A stretch of 64,000 bases of DNA from Marsupella aquatica (taxonomy: Eukaryota > Plantae > Marchantiophyta): the NCBI GenBank assembly GCA_973895155.1, contig OZ316897.1, forward strand, positions 16,305,375 to 16,369,374. The letters are read 5' to 3'. Under the pieces are notes generated by a model that searched no databases, was not told the DNA's origin, and worked only from the letters and a program-made list of their open reading frames with translations. Of this stretch, positions 52,664 through 64,000 are shown one piece after another. Each line of letters starts with the position of its first letter. Positions within the stretch are counted from its first letter, which is position 1. The position numbers and the translations under genes were made by a program.

Positions 52664-53425
52664 TCAGATATGAGTTGCATCCAAACTATCAAGCAGGTCC
52701 TGCAATCTACATCTAACAGAACTAAGCTGCGACGCCGTGGCCGGGTCTGAAGCATTAATAGATGATCTTGAAGATTCTGCTGTATGCCTCCCTTGTGCAG
52801 TATGATAACTTGAAGGTACACTGTCCGTCTTCAACTTCGTCTTCCGTGGAGTGACAGAAGTAGGCACCACAGAATGCAAGATCTCACAGTCATCATCGCT
52901 TACAGGTGACAAGGAATTAATAATGGCCTCACCGTCTTTGCAGTGGATCACTACGTCCACACATTCCATCTTTGTTGTAGCTCTATGGACAGTAGCAAAC
53001 TGGACAAAGTCTTCCTTCTCGCTAAAATCCTGCGGAGGCATCCCTATGAGATCAGTCGCTACATCAAAAATCTTAGCTCGCACTGGAGGGAAGTGTGGCC
53101 CGATAGTAGAGTCAACCAGGAACACCTCAAAACGATACCTTTCTATCCAGGTCCCAGCAGCAACCAAATTATGGGGACATCAACTTGACCCTTCAACAGT
53201 GCGATTACACATCCACCCAGGTGTCACAAAGCGAGTACATCCATGGTATAGAAACTTCCGCGGAAAATCGATTGGAGCATCAAAATTGACCACAAAAACC
53301 CTCATCGATGGGAAGGTCCTCGTTTCTCCAGCATTGCAGCAGCCAACGACATCTTTAAGTGTGGCCATGTCTTTGAAAAGAGCCGCCCAGCAGAAATCCA
53401 AACAATAGTGGCGAAGGGCAGGCAC
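52664..53425 (-). pseudogene. RPA1 C-terminal (Zn-ribbon OB-fold)-like ssDNA-binding protein remnant
   Basis: FLYHGC......MCNRTV....*CPH......RYRFEVFLVDST.......AKIFD.A..LIG resembles RPA70 DBD-C (Y.AC...CNKKV...C..C...RY.L...I.D.T.....F...AE.ILG). ORFs 53180-53425 and 52664-53167 are in frame across one TGA. Confidence 0.6.
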
Positions 53426-54398
53426 TCAGCCGGGCGCAAGCACTACTCAGGAAGGGATGAATACCGATCTGCAATGGTTGCGAATCAATGTGGTGCATCC
53501 CATGGCTCCCTAAACCCAAGAAACCCCCAGCTCAAGCCGATTCCCGCAGGTTTCGTGCTTGGCGAGGCCGTTTCCGCGGCTTAGCGGCATGGGACGCTGC
53601 TAACCTTCTACTACTACTATTAACATTTTACACACATATACTGGACAGATCCTTCATCGGGTCATGAGATACGTAGTCGGCCTAATATAGGCCTTCCCCT
53701 GTCTTCCCCTCCGTCTTGTTAGGTATGTTTGGATTCCGCCGCCGGAATGATCCCCAATAGGCTTGGTTAAGCCGCTAAGACCTCTCTTAGCTCGACACAT
53801 CCAACTCTCACTCCCCTGCTTACTTTCCTTCCTTCTGTTGATGTGGGCACTCTTCACACAAGTTAATGCGACACACAAATAGCAAAATGACTCATTCTGA
53901 CTGAGTCATACCATGCACTTGCCATACAAATAGTACATCTCATACACAAGTTCTGCGAACTAAGCCGTGAGGCCAACTCTATTCAACTCTTAGGCATGAG
54001 GAAACATGAATATACACAAGGGTCACTGTATGACTAACCGAGAGCTTCTCGTACTACTTGATCCCAGCCCGGCTGGTGCAAACTAAAAACTTGCTAAAGA
54101 AGAGGCCCTGAGCTCCCCGCTGCCCAGGTACTTATCCTGGTAGTGGATCCGCCATTCTTTGCATCGTAAGCCTAATCTACTTAACAGTAATCTACTTGCC
54201 CGAATCTACCTATGTACAGCAAGGCAGGAGCACAAGTGTTGCTCCTACCAGTGGGACCGCAATCCCACTAAGCTAAGTGTCAGGGCCGCTCCTGGTTCTG
54301 ATCCTAATCCTAAACGTGGAGATCCGCGCCCGCCCTGCCCACTCACGCCTCCTCCCTCCACGTCCGCCCTCCCTAAAAGGAACGGCGCCCTTGCACCG

Positions 54399-57300
54399 TC
54401 ACGACACCGGTGGTGGATCCTTAATGGACGCCCCCAACGCTTCCTCCTCAGCCACTGCCGTAGGCTCATTCCCTGACAGATTACCTGCCCTTGACTGAGT
54501 CAACTCTCCATCGGCCTGACTGGGTCCACCATCGGTGTCGGCTCGAGAATCGGTTACGGCCTCAGCCTCGGCTACGGTCTCCCCGGCCTGCTCAAGAGGC
54601 GGATCTGGAATACTGGCCTCCTTACTGAGTAGTTCGGCTTGGGCCGCACCATCCCTACCTATGATCATAGCGGGATCTATTGCCGTATTCATGTCGGAGG
54701 ATGGTGCTGGTTCTACCTCTTTGGTCACCACGGCTTGTGGAGTCGGATTACTCCTTGACCCTGAAGGTTTCCGCTTTTTCTTCTTTTTCTGGTTCGGCAG
54801 CTGGTCCCTTCCCCTTCCCACTTACCTCCGGCACTGGTGCAGTTGGCGCGGCTTTTTCTTCGGCCAGTACCACTCCTGGTAACTTGGTTGCCCCAATTGG
54901 AGTTGGGCCTGATGAAGACAAGCACCTAAATACTGTGGCTTGTTTCTTCAGCCGCTCCGTTTGGTTATCGGCCCGCCGCTGGAGGTTCTCCATCTTCCTC
55001 GTGATTTCCTCCAACTCCTCCTGGGTCTCATCCAGGTCCTTGCGTGCCTCCTCTAGTTCCTTCTGGGCTTCCTCCCGTTCTTGTTTCAAGGTAGTCCTCT
55101 CCTCCTGGGTTGCTTTTAGCTCCTTGTCGAGCTCTGCAATGATGATAGACTCCATCTGGTTCATCTTGGCGTAAGTCTGTTCGAGCATCTCGTCCTTCTC
55201 CCTTAGGTCGGCCTTGAAGCTGGCCGTCAGGGACGCAAGCTCCTGCTGCAGCGCCATAATCCCTTGATAGGATTTCCCTAACTCGGCCTCCTTCTGCTCA
55301 AGGGCTCCGCGGATTTTCTCGAGCTCCCCTTTCAATGCCCATTCCTTTCTTTGGGTCTCCGCCATGGCCCGGCTGTTGGCTGTTATGTGGGCCTCCTCTG
55401 TATTCTTCAGCTCTTGCTTCCACTTCTCCCTCTCTTTGATCGTGTCGGCCAACTCTTCCTGCGTCTGAGTCAGTTTATCCTTGATATTCTGATTATCAGC
55501 CTGCACGGTGTCCAACTGCCCCTGCATGATGTTCAGCTCATGTCGTTTAATCCGCAGTTCATCTTGGGCTTTCTTGGCCGCCCTTAGATCTTCAATCTCG
55601 GCTTCCATCCTCCTAAGCCGCCGAATGACCTCGTCCTTCTTGCTTCTCTCTAAAGCCACCACTTCTTCTAATTGGTGCTTCTCCAACTGCTCCCTATGGA
55701 AAAAGGGTCCTACCTCCAACTCCTCTCCAAAGATGCCGAGCGCAAGTTCCCCACACATCTCACCATACTCCATGGCTCTATTCTTAGCGTAGGTGGAGTA
55801 AGTAGAAGTGATCGGCATCGCCCATCGCGGCCTCTGCTCCCAAGCCGTCCTGCGGATCTCTTCAATCGTGGCTAGAGGTTTGCTTCCTTTTTTGGCTAGC
55901 CGCCTGATGTCCTCCGGCCAATCTCCTCCTGGTAAATCCTTTTCCTTAGCCAGGGCGGCCTCCTCCTCCTGCTTGATTCGCTCCTGAAATTCCTACACCG
56001 TCTGTTTTATGCCGTCGAAGCTCGGGGGAGCAACATCTGGTGGGGGAGACTCAGGGCTACTCTGCTGGTTGGGGTCCCCTCGCACTACCCTTGGAAGTGT
56101 GGGGACAAACCGGCCACAGGTCCTTACTCCTGGAACGTGATGGTCCGACCCATAGCCGGAATTATCATGGCTGCAGTCCTCCACTGCCTCCTCTACCTCT
56201 TGGACGTCCGGCTTCTCCCTCTCCTCTTCGTCGGTAGGAGCTTCAGGCAATTCTGCCTCAGATTCGGAGCTTGAGGTTCCCACGTACATTCGAACACCTG
56301 GCTTGGATTCCGGCCTGATTCTCTCCTTGTCTCCAGCAAAGGGGTTTTCTCTTGTGAGCCGGTGTAGGCCTACCTCTGTAGTAGTGTCCTGCATTGTTGC
56401 CGTTGCCGTTGTTGTTGCCGATGCCGATTTCTTTTCTTTCTCCAGTAGTTTCAGCAGACTCTGCATGCCTGGTTGCTGCATCGGCAAGTCCTCCTTCCTG
56501 GGCCTAAACACCTGCTTGATCGTAGGACTAACAGGTGGTTGAGGCTTCTCAGCCAACGGCCTCGGCATTGGAGCTTCCTCGGGTGCCCTTACCTGCAGGG
56601 GAAGTACCGGGGCAAAAGTCTGACCTCTGGCATACCGGCACAACAGCGGCATATGATAGCCCAGCCGCGACACGCTCCCCATGCCGATTACCTGCTGCTC
56701 CTCCTTTAAGATCTTCTTCAATTGGTTGAGGAGGTACCCGTTGTAGTCCCGGCTTGGGTCTGGCCTTTCTGCCAGATAGACCTGTGCCTTGCCGATCTCT
56801 GCCCTCGGCAAGTTACAATGCATGGTCACCCGCAAGAAGTCGATCATCTCTCCTATGTGCGGGTTGGTGCAGGTGTTCCGGAAGAAGCCATTCTTCGTTG
56901 ATGGCCCGGGGAACGACCGGAACTCCTTGTCAGGCAAGGTCTTCCTGGTATCAACTTTGGTCTTATTGCCTATCGGCAGGCCAAACACTTCGGCAATTAC
57001 CTTGGGAGTAAGATAGAAATCCTTCCCATATATCCTCGTGCAATTGGTCTCGGGTTCCCATGACCCCACGAATTCTAATAGGTCTGACTCCGGTACCTCC
57101 GGCTTCAGCCATGGTAATCTTACAAAGGCCTCCAAGCCGGATCCGGCCATGAAGCCTTGGTACTTCTTGGTCTGCATGGCCGTAAAGCATGCATCCTCCT
57201 CCCGTGCAAAATGTAGTTGCACCTCCACCGGTAGGGTTGCCGCCCAGCCCTTCCAGGTGTCATCCCTGGTTGGAATGGCCTTGATGGGATCGACCTCCTC

Positions 57301-57468
57301 CTCTTCGGCTTCTCCCTGCCTCCTGTTCTGCTGCTCGGCTGGCTTCTTTGGTGCCGCCGACCTCGTTCTTTTTGCCGGGGTGGCTTCATCGTTGACGGCT
57401 CCCTTCCTCTTCATCTCTGCTGCCGTGGAGGTTTCTCCTAGCACCGTTGCCTGGGTCCACCTTTCCAT
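54399..57468 (-). CDS. Extra retroelement ORF (PMD/Athila-ORF-like N-terminus plus long coiled coil), interrupted by one TAG and a probable frameshift
   Basis: ORFs 55993-57468 and 54748-55818 are in the same frame, separated only by TAG at 55993-55995 and 58 open codons. 54399-54821 continues in another frame. Motif DLLEFVGSWEPETNC.RIYGK...LTPKVIAEVFGLP. Confidence 0.65.
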
Positions 57469-57483
57469 GCTACCCTTTAATTC

Positions 57484-58026
57484 CTAGTGTATGTCATTGC
57501 AGTTCTTGATGGCCTCTGGGATGCCGACGACGCTGTCTTTGCAAAACAGAAGATCGTCGAGTTGATTGGAAGTAGGCGTCCACAGGAACTCGTCCTTGAT
57601 GAGTTCGCCTCCTAAGAAAGCCGTCTTCTGCAGCTCCCACAATCGAGCGAGCTCCTGCCGTTCTCGAGCTGCCCTTTTTGACTCCTCGTCCTCGTAAGTC
57701 TTGATGTACTCAGTTGCCCGTTCGAACAGGCATCCCCAGAAATGTGCCGCTTGATTGACGTTGCTCATACCCTCCTTAGGTCGATCGTCAGTATCTACTC
57801 TCTCCCCGAGTGCTTGCCTAAGCAGCTGACAGTAGTTGGCCTCCCGTAGTCGTCTGCCTAGTTCATGCTCGCAAATGAGCCACCATCTCCTGCAAGCGCT
57901 CCTTACCCCTCTCCTCCGCCGGTCCTTCTTCCCGTTGATCCTTCCTAGCCACCGACGCTTAACGCGCCCTAACCCTAATCGGGTTTTCACCCTCAGCCTT
58001 ACCTCCGGCCTCGGCCCGGGTTCCAT
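57484..58026 (-). CDS. Small extra retroelement ORF (180 aa, Arg-rich N-terminus), function unknown
   Basis: ATG-initiated ORF between the pol stop and the large extra ORF, on the same strand. Confidence 0.5.
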   Translation of the reverse strand: MEPGPRPEVRLRVKTRLGLGRVKRRWLGRINGKKDRRRRGVRSACRRWWLICEHELGRRLREANYCQLLRQALGERVDTDDRPKEGMSNVNQAAHFWGCLFERATEYIKTYEDEESKRAARERQELARLWELQKTAFLGGELIKDEFLWTPTSNQLDDLLFCKDSVVGIPEAIKNCNDIH

Positions 58027-58129
58027 GGTTGCCCCTAATTGTTTATATTTTCCTTGTTTTGTCCCTATACTAAGGTGTTCCTAGGGTGCCTTCCTGCTTT
58101 ACCCACTTAACCGGCCGAGTGATTCCTGT

Positions 58130-61100
58130 CTAGGCATCACATAGCTCCCCACTTAATTGTGAAGCGTCCTCGCGAACAACTTCATCTTCGTCCATATAGT
58201 ATTTCTTGAGGCGGTCATAATGGATGCGAACTGGATATACCTCTCCCGTAATGTTGGCCAATTGTACGGAGCCATTGGGGAACATCATGGTTACTCTAAA
58301 GGGTCCTAACCAGCGAGTGTAAAGCTTTCCTGGAAACCTACTATACCTACTGTCATAAAGTAGCACAAGATCACCGGTATGAATACTAACTACTTTTAAC
58401 CTTTTATCATACTGCTGCTTCATGATATTCTGTCTATATTCTACTCTCTCGGCTGAAATCATTCTCGCTTCCTCTAAAGCTTCTAACCTATATTCTCGCT
58501 CCTTTAGGCTCTCCTCCGCTGAGGCTCTTTCCTCAATTGTAACTTGAAATGTCGGTATCTCAAGTTGCATGGGTACCAGGGCTTCTTGTCCAAAGGTTAA
58601 GAAGAAGGGTGTATGACCGGTAGTGGATTTATAGGCAAGATTGTAAGCAAAAATAGCAGCAAACAATTTATCATCCCAATCGAGTTTGTTCTGAGCTACT
58701 GTCTTGTTCAATATCTTTCCTATAATTCCGTTTGCTCGTTCTGTCAACCCGTTTGCCTTTGGATGGTAGGGAGTAGTAGGCCTATGTTTAACTAAATACT
58801 GCTCATTTAAACGACTAATTATATCATTCAAAAAATGGGTTCCTCTATCACTAACTAATTCTAGGGGTGCTCCATACCTGGTGAAGATCTGCTCATACAT
58901 GAATCTAGCCGTAGTAATTGCATCATCCTTCGTTGTTGGTCTGGCCTCTACCCATTTAGTTGCATAATCCATAGCCAGGATTATGTACTTGTTCCGTCGA
59001 GGGTGGGTCAGTGGTTTCAGAGGTCCAATGTAATCAATACCCCACTTCTCGAATGGTGCCAGAGGTAGAATAGGGTGCAGTGGATGCCTGGTGGACGCCC
59101 TTGGTCCTCCCGCTCGTTGACAAGGATCGCATTGTTTGATAAACTGATAGACATCTTTGTGCAAGGTGGGCCACCAGTAACCGGCATTTAATATCTTTTT
59201 AGACGTGGTTACTGGGGCAAAATGTCCTCCGGCCTCCTCTCCATGCATGGCCCATAGGACTCGTTTTACCTCTCTCTTTTCCAAACATCTTTGAATCGTG
59301 CCGTTGATTCCATGCTTGTGCAGTATGCCTTTAATGCACTGATACTGTCTGACCTTCCGCACAAAGACTGCGGCTTGCTCTCGGCTTAATCCTGGCTGTA
59401 ATCTGGAAGTGCTGAGAAATTGTAAAATCTCAGGGTACCATGTACCAGCTATTTCCACAACGAATAGCTCCTCGTCGGGGAATCGATCATCGATGCAATC
59501 CGTGGCAGGTTTACCTGTGATCCTTGAAAAGAAGTCGGCATTGGCATGTAACTTTCCCGGCTTGATCCTCAGCTCATAGTCAAACTCCTGTAATAGCAAA
59601 ATCCATCTTGCTACTCTGCCTGTAAGGTCCGGCTTATTGACTAGGTACTTCAAACTTTCATGATCAGTATGAAAGATTACCTTGTACCCTAGTAAATAAT
59701 GCCTAAACTTTTTACAAGAATAAATGACTCCTAATGCTTCTCTTTCCGTGGTAGAGTAGTTCCGTTCGGCATCGGCAAGCTGACGGCTTGCAAAGTATAT
59801 GGGATGGTCCCTTCCTTTCTCATCCAACTGACTTAGTACTGAGCCAATACAGAAGCCCGAGACATCTACAAAAACATGAAAATCTTTGTTCCAGTCCGGT
59901 GCTATCATGACTGGGGCCTCTACTAACATCTGCTTCAATTCTACCACCGCTGTGACTCGTTCGGGTGTGGGTTCGAAGTCTGCTCCTGCCTTGAGCATAT
60001 TGGTTAATGGTAAAGCTAGCTTGGCAAAATCCTTGATGAACCGGCGATAGTAACCAATGCATCCCAAGAAGGATCTTACATCCTTTATGTTCTTAGGTTG
60101 CATGATATCTAGCCATACTGCTAGCTTACCTTTGTCAATCTCAATGCCCTTCCTTGATACCTTGTGACCTAGTAGCACCCCCTCGGTTACTGCAAAAAAA
60201 CATTTATCTAGGTGTAACTTGAGACCCACCTCTCTACATCTCATGAAGGTTTTCCTGAGGTATTTAGCATGTTTCGATGCCTTCCCGAATACTGCAAAGT
60301 CATCAATGAAGATTTCCATGAACTTTCTCAAGTAATCATGAAAAATGTTCACCATTAATCGTTGGAACATAGCTGGTGCGTTGCAGAGTCCAAACGGCAT
60401 ACGATTGAAGACATAGATCCCCCATTCCATGATGAAGGCCGTCTTGATTTGGTCTTCCTGCCGAATCCTGATTTGGTTATAACCAGAGTATCCATCCATG
60501 AATGAATATAGTTCATGACTGGCTACCATGTCTAGTACCATATCAGTAAACGGTAAAGGAAAATGGTCTTTTAATGTTGCTTCATTTAGCTTCCTGTAAT
60601 CCTGACAAACCCGGATCTTGGGTTTACCATCGGGTCCAGCTTTCTTGGGAACTATCACAATTGGAGACACCCAGTCTGAATGCAGGACTGGAGTGATGAA
60701 TCCAGCTTCCACTAGTTTGTCGATTTCTGTTTTGACCAGCAGGGAATACTTCGGGTTCATCCTTCGAATTGGTTGTCGAAATGATTTGGCTCCTAACATG
60801 AGATCAATTCGATGTTCCCCTAGTGTTGGATCTACTCCCTTTAGATCTTGGTGACTCCATGCAAACACATCCTGAAATTCAATCAATAAGTCACTGATCT
60901 CTTTCTCGAGCTCAGGTGCTAGGTTTCTCCCTAAGTTCAGTTCTCTTCCCTCTCCTAAGTCGAGCTTCCGATATTGCCGTGCTTGGATCATATTAATCTG
61001 CTTCTTCAAATTCGGGTCCAGTTCGGCTTCCAGTCTCTCTAATCTCATACCTCCATAAACTGGGATCTCGGCTGGACTAGCCGAGTCGGTCCCTTCCTTG

Positions 61101-61396
61101 GTGTCCATAGATTGTCCCCTTACCGGTCTCTTCGGTTTTGAATTAGTGGTCGGCTCCCCTTCCTGCCTTGGCTCTGGATCGTGTCTGTCCATCTCATCCA
61201 CCTCTTGCTCCTGAGAGTTAGGCCGCTGTGCTCTCTCGGCTTCTAATAGGGCCTCAATTTGTTCTGCCCTCGTAATCGGCTTGTATGCCGATCCCTTGGT
61301 ATTTAATTCCTTGCCGATGATCGATGGCGTTGTGAACCCTGCCGGCTCTGCCACAACGCCTACAGAAAATCCACTGTCCCTGCTACTGCTCCCCAC
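58130..61396 (-). CDS. pol: Gypsy pol (RT, RNase H, integrase)
   Basis: DYRKLN, FPLP, DGYSGYNQI, MPFGLCNAP, FIDDF; DVSG, YFASR, TDH; H..GGH..C..C, WGIDYIGP, SDRGTHF, ERANG, WLGPF. Confidence 0.96.
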   Translation of the reverse strand: MGSSSRDSGFSVGVVAEPAGFTTPSIIGKELNTKGSAYKPITRAEQIEALLEAERAQRPNSQEQEVDEMDRHDPEPRQEGEPTTNSKPKRPVRGQSMDTKEGTDSASPAEIPVYGGMRLERLEAELDPNLKKQINMIQARQYRKLDLGEGRELNLGRNLAPELEKEISDLLIEFQDVFAWSHQDLKGVDPTLGEHRIDLMLGAKSFRQPIRRMNPKYSLLVKTEIDKLVEAGFITPVLHSDWVSPIVIVPKKAGPDGKPKIRVCQDYRKLNEATLKDHFPLPFTDMVLDMVASHELYSFMDGYSGYNQIRIRQEDQIKTAFIMEWGIYVFNRMPFGLCNAPAMFQRLMVNIFHDYLRKFMEIFIDDFAVFGKASKHAKYLRKTFMRCREVGLKLHLDKCFFAVTEGVLLGHKVSRKGIEIDKGKLAVWLDIMQPKNIKDVRSFLGCIGYYRRFIKDFAKLALPLTNMLKAGADFEPTPERVTAVVELKQMLVEAPVMIAPDWNKDFHVFVDVSGFCIGSVLSQLDEKGRDHPIYFASRQLADAERNYSTTEREALGVIYSCKKFRHYLLGYKVIFHTDHESLKYLVNKPDLTGRVARWILLLQEFDYELRIKPGKLHANADFFSRITGKPATDCIDDRFPDEELFVVEIAGTWYPEILQFLSTSRLQPGLSREQAAVFVRKVRQYQCIKGILHKHGINGTIQRCLEKREVKRVLWAMHGEEAGGHFAPVTTSKKILNAGYWWPTLHKDVYQFIKQCDPCQRAGGPRASTRHPLHPILPLAPFEKWGIDYIGPLKPLTHPRRNKYIILAMDYATKWVEARPTTKDDAITTARFMYEQIFTRYGAPLELVSDRGTHFLNDIISRLNEQYLVKHRPTTPYHPKANGLTERANGIIGKILNKTVAQNKLDWDDKLFAAIFAYNLAYKSTTGHTPFFLTFGQEALVPMQLEIPTFQVTIEERASAEESLKEREYRLEALEEARMISAERVEYRQNIMKQQYDKRLKVVSIHTGDLVLLYDSRYSRFPGKLYTRWLGPFRVTMMFPNGSVQLANITGEVYPVRIHYDRLKKYYMDEDEVVREDASQLSGELCDA

Positions 61397-64000
61397 TTAG
61401 CCGTTTCATCCAATTGGTCTACATCCTTTACTTCCTCCGGAATTGCAGCTAAAAAGGTGGATTCTATTGTAAAGCAGTCCTCGACCTCTTCGTCTTCTTC
61501 TTCCAAGTCACCTTCCATTGGTTCTTGCCATAATCCGCTGGGGGCTACCTCTGGTCCAAAGACACCTTCTTCGGTTAGGTTAGTGAGGCATTCTAACCAA
61601 CGTACTTCATCGGCTGACTCCAGTCCACTGTCGTACCCATCTACTTCCCTTATGCTTTTCCTACGGTCATCCTTAGTGTCCCAGGATACCGTGATAGAGG
61701 GGGTCCCGAAAGTGAACTGCTTTTTACCCCAATCTTCTATTACCTCGGCTAGGTACAGCCATGGCCTACCAATCAATAGCCGGAATGACGTAGAATTTAC
61801 CGGCTTCATTACTACATAGTTAATGCTAAAGAAGATACCTCCTATCTCTATCTTGATGCCGGTTAACACTCCCGTAGGAATGACCTGATATCCATTGGCC
61901 ATGTTCAACACTCTTCCAGTCATCTCCGGTGTTAGACCCCACCCTTTTGCTGTTGAATCAATCATAATACATACCCCTGATCCTCCATCGATGGGTACCC
62001 GTAGTAATAATTCTCCTTGAATCATTAATGGTAATGCTGGGGCTCCTTGATCTTCTTCTATCATTAGTACGTCGGATCTGGTTGCTACCTTGGGTAATCT
62101 TGGCTTGCCGAGAATAGCCTTCCTTAATTGCTTCCGGAAGTACGGTCTATTTTTCAATAGTTGACCTACTGTTGCCGAGACTCTAGATTCTAGTACATCT
62201 TTAGCCAGGTCATAGGGAACAATCGGCTTCTCTTCTGGTGGTGTTTCCGTCTTGGATTCGGCCAGTTTTGCCACGCTAGTCTCCACAGCTGTTGGGTCTT
62301 CCGAAGCAAACAATGCTTTTGCTCGTTTTACATCCTTGGCAATGGCTTCGGTATTCTCCATGGTTTCTAATTCTCTTAGTTGTTCCTTAACACTAGCCGT
62401 AACAGAGGGGTAGAACAACTTAGGATGATCTCGATTGAAGTCGCTATCTTGTGAAGGATTGGTTTCACTGGTGGGCTCATGGCTTACCTGTATTGCCGGA
62501 GCCCTCCCTTCTCCTTCTGTTGATGTTGACGAAGAGTCGATCCTTTCCTCCGTAACCTTCCCTTTATTTTTGGCCAGCCCATCCCACCTTTCCTTCCTTC
62601 TGGTAGATCGAGTAGAGACCCGGTAGCAATCATGATCTAAATCCTCCTCTGAGAAGGTTGATAGGGCTTCGGCCTCATCATCAGATGGTACGAACTCTGC
62701 CTCGGCATCCTCTTGCCATCCTAGTTCGATGTGGTTGATTTGAACTCCTCCGGGGGTAGTACCTGGCGGTAAGATCTTGATCGGCAAAAGCTTATGATTT
62801 GCGGCCAGGCCTGCCAACCAAGTAGGACATTGCCCTAGCATATGACCTTCCTGTCGGCATCCCATACATAGCTGAGCTGGTTGTCCATCACCCTGTTTGC
62901 GTGCATTCGGGCATTCTCTAGCAAAATGGCCAGGTTGACCACAATTATAGCACGCTGCAAATCTTTGCACATTCGGCCTAGGGGGTACTGACGGGTTCTG
63001 AATAATCCGAGGATACATCTCTCCTGGATTGTTCCTTAACCCTGACCACAGAGATGCAGGTCTGTTGGATAGGTCTCGTGCTCCAGTCTCACTGATGCCG
63101 AAAACACTATCAGCGGCATCTCCCAAAAAGTACTCTACTTCTCCCTGACATGGTCTGATCTCGGCCACATGCCGAACATGATTAGTATTAAGCTTAGGAC
63201 ACGCATCTTTATGGTGTCCGGTTTTATAACATAAGGCACACCATACAGAGCTATCCTCCTGTACTACCTTCTTCTTTGGTTTTACCTCTGCAATGATAGC
63301 CTTAAGTTGCTCGGTAAGGGCTACGATGTTATCTGGTGGCTTAGCCTCCATCTTGACTTTCGTCTTCCCTCTCCTTCTGCCCTTCCTTTTCCTAGTTTTT
63401 TCTTCTTCAGAACTAGAAGATGACTCACTCTTGCTACTCCCACTATCCGAGCTTGACTTATCACTTCTAGACTTCTTGGAATGTTTCTTCTTCTTATCTT
63501 TTTTCTTATGGGGTGATCCCTCCTCTGATGAGGAACTCTCAGACTTAAGCTGTTTCTTCCGGCTTGTGATATCTGCATTAATGTATAATTGAATATCCTT
63601 AATTGCTTCGGCTAAAGTCTCCGGGTTCTCCTTCCTAATTGCAAAACTCATCTTCTGTGACAAAGCATTCACCAACCATTGAAGTTGCATACCTTCAGAT
63701 GCATTGGTCTTTGTCCGTCTTACCAGTTTCTGAAAGTGTTGCAAGAACTTCCTGAAGGATTTGTTCTCCTTGAACCGAAGTTGTCCCAACTTCAGCACTG
63801 CTAGTTCTGAAGTTCCAATGGGTCGAAACTCCTTAACAAAGAGTGTTTTGAAGATATCCCAAGGCTTGATCTTCCACATCTAATGCTCTGTACCAAGGCC
63901 TAGCCTCACCCTTGAACAGGCCGGGAAGAATCTGCATCTTGATGGCCGATTCTCCATTTGCTGCAGCGGTTCCCTCGAAATCATCCAACCATTCGTCCGG
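61360..64000 (-). CDS. gag: Gypsy gag-protease; runs off the window, frameshift near 63860
   Basis: PDEWLDDFE...GEARPWY then WDIFKTLFVKEF (frame change). Three CCHC knuckles (CALCYKTGHHKDAC, CYNCGQPGHFAREC, CMGCRQEGHMLGQC). Protease IDGGS...LLIGRPWL. Confidence 0.92.

Larger units (their letters stand above)
53640..64000 (-). mobile_element. Ty3/Gypsy LTR retrotransposon (non-chromovirus, Athila/Tat-like) with extra 3' ORFs; 5' end outside the window
   Basis: gag-PR-RT-RH-INT order and no chromodomain. Candidate PPT 53811-53836 followed by TG at 53810; the 3' LTR looks truncated. Confidence 0.93.

Noticed and set aside
53607-53623. TCTACTACTACTATTAA, a Helitron 5'-end-like sequence
   Set aside because: Not preceded by A, orientation points into the Gypsy LTR, and no matching 3' end.

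Overview
Eukaryotic land-plant genomic DNA with spliceosomal introns; the lineage cannot be fixed from sequence alone, though it looks like a non-seed plant. The left third (~3.7-18.5 kb) holds three conserved genes: an intronless class II histone deacetylase (HDA5-like), a 15-exon NAD(P)-binding Rossmann/CIA30 gene (At4g18810-like) and a 2-exon phospholipid N-methyltransferase (PLMT). The middle (~23-40 kb) holds an inverted, head-to-head pair of highly divergent euAP2-type genes, each with a duplicated first half of AP2 repeat 1 and GC-AG micro-exon introns. Between them lie a decayed Helitron and an intronless, frameshifted gene with two LAV/ABI3-type B3 domains. From ~42.6-53.5 kb is an unexplained decayed block: a spliced SAM-domain (pseudo)gene whose 3' exons are co-duplicated with a ~150-bp tandem array, plus an RPA1-C-like OB-fold remnant. 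The right end (~53.6-64 kb) is a minus-strand non-chromoviral Ty3/Gypsy element with extra ORFs after pol, one with a PMD/Athila-like motif and a long coiled coil. Several MITEs and minisatellites are scattered throughout. All calls come from reading the sequence and recalling family motifs; no database search was run.
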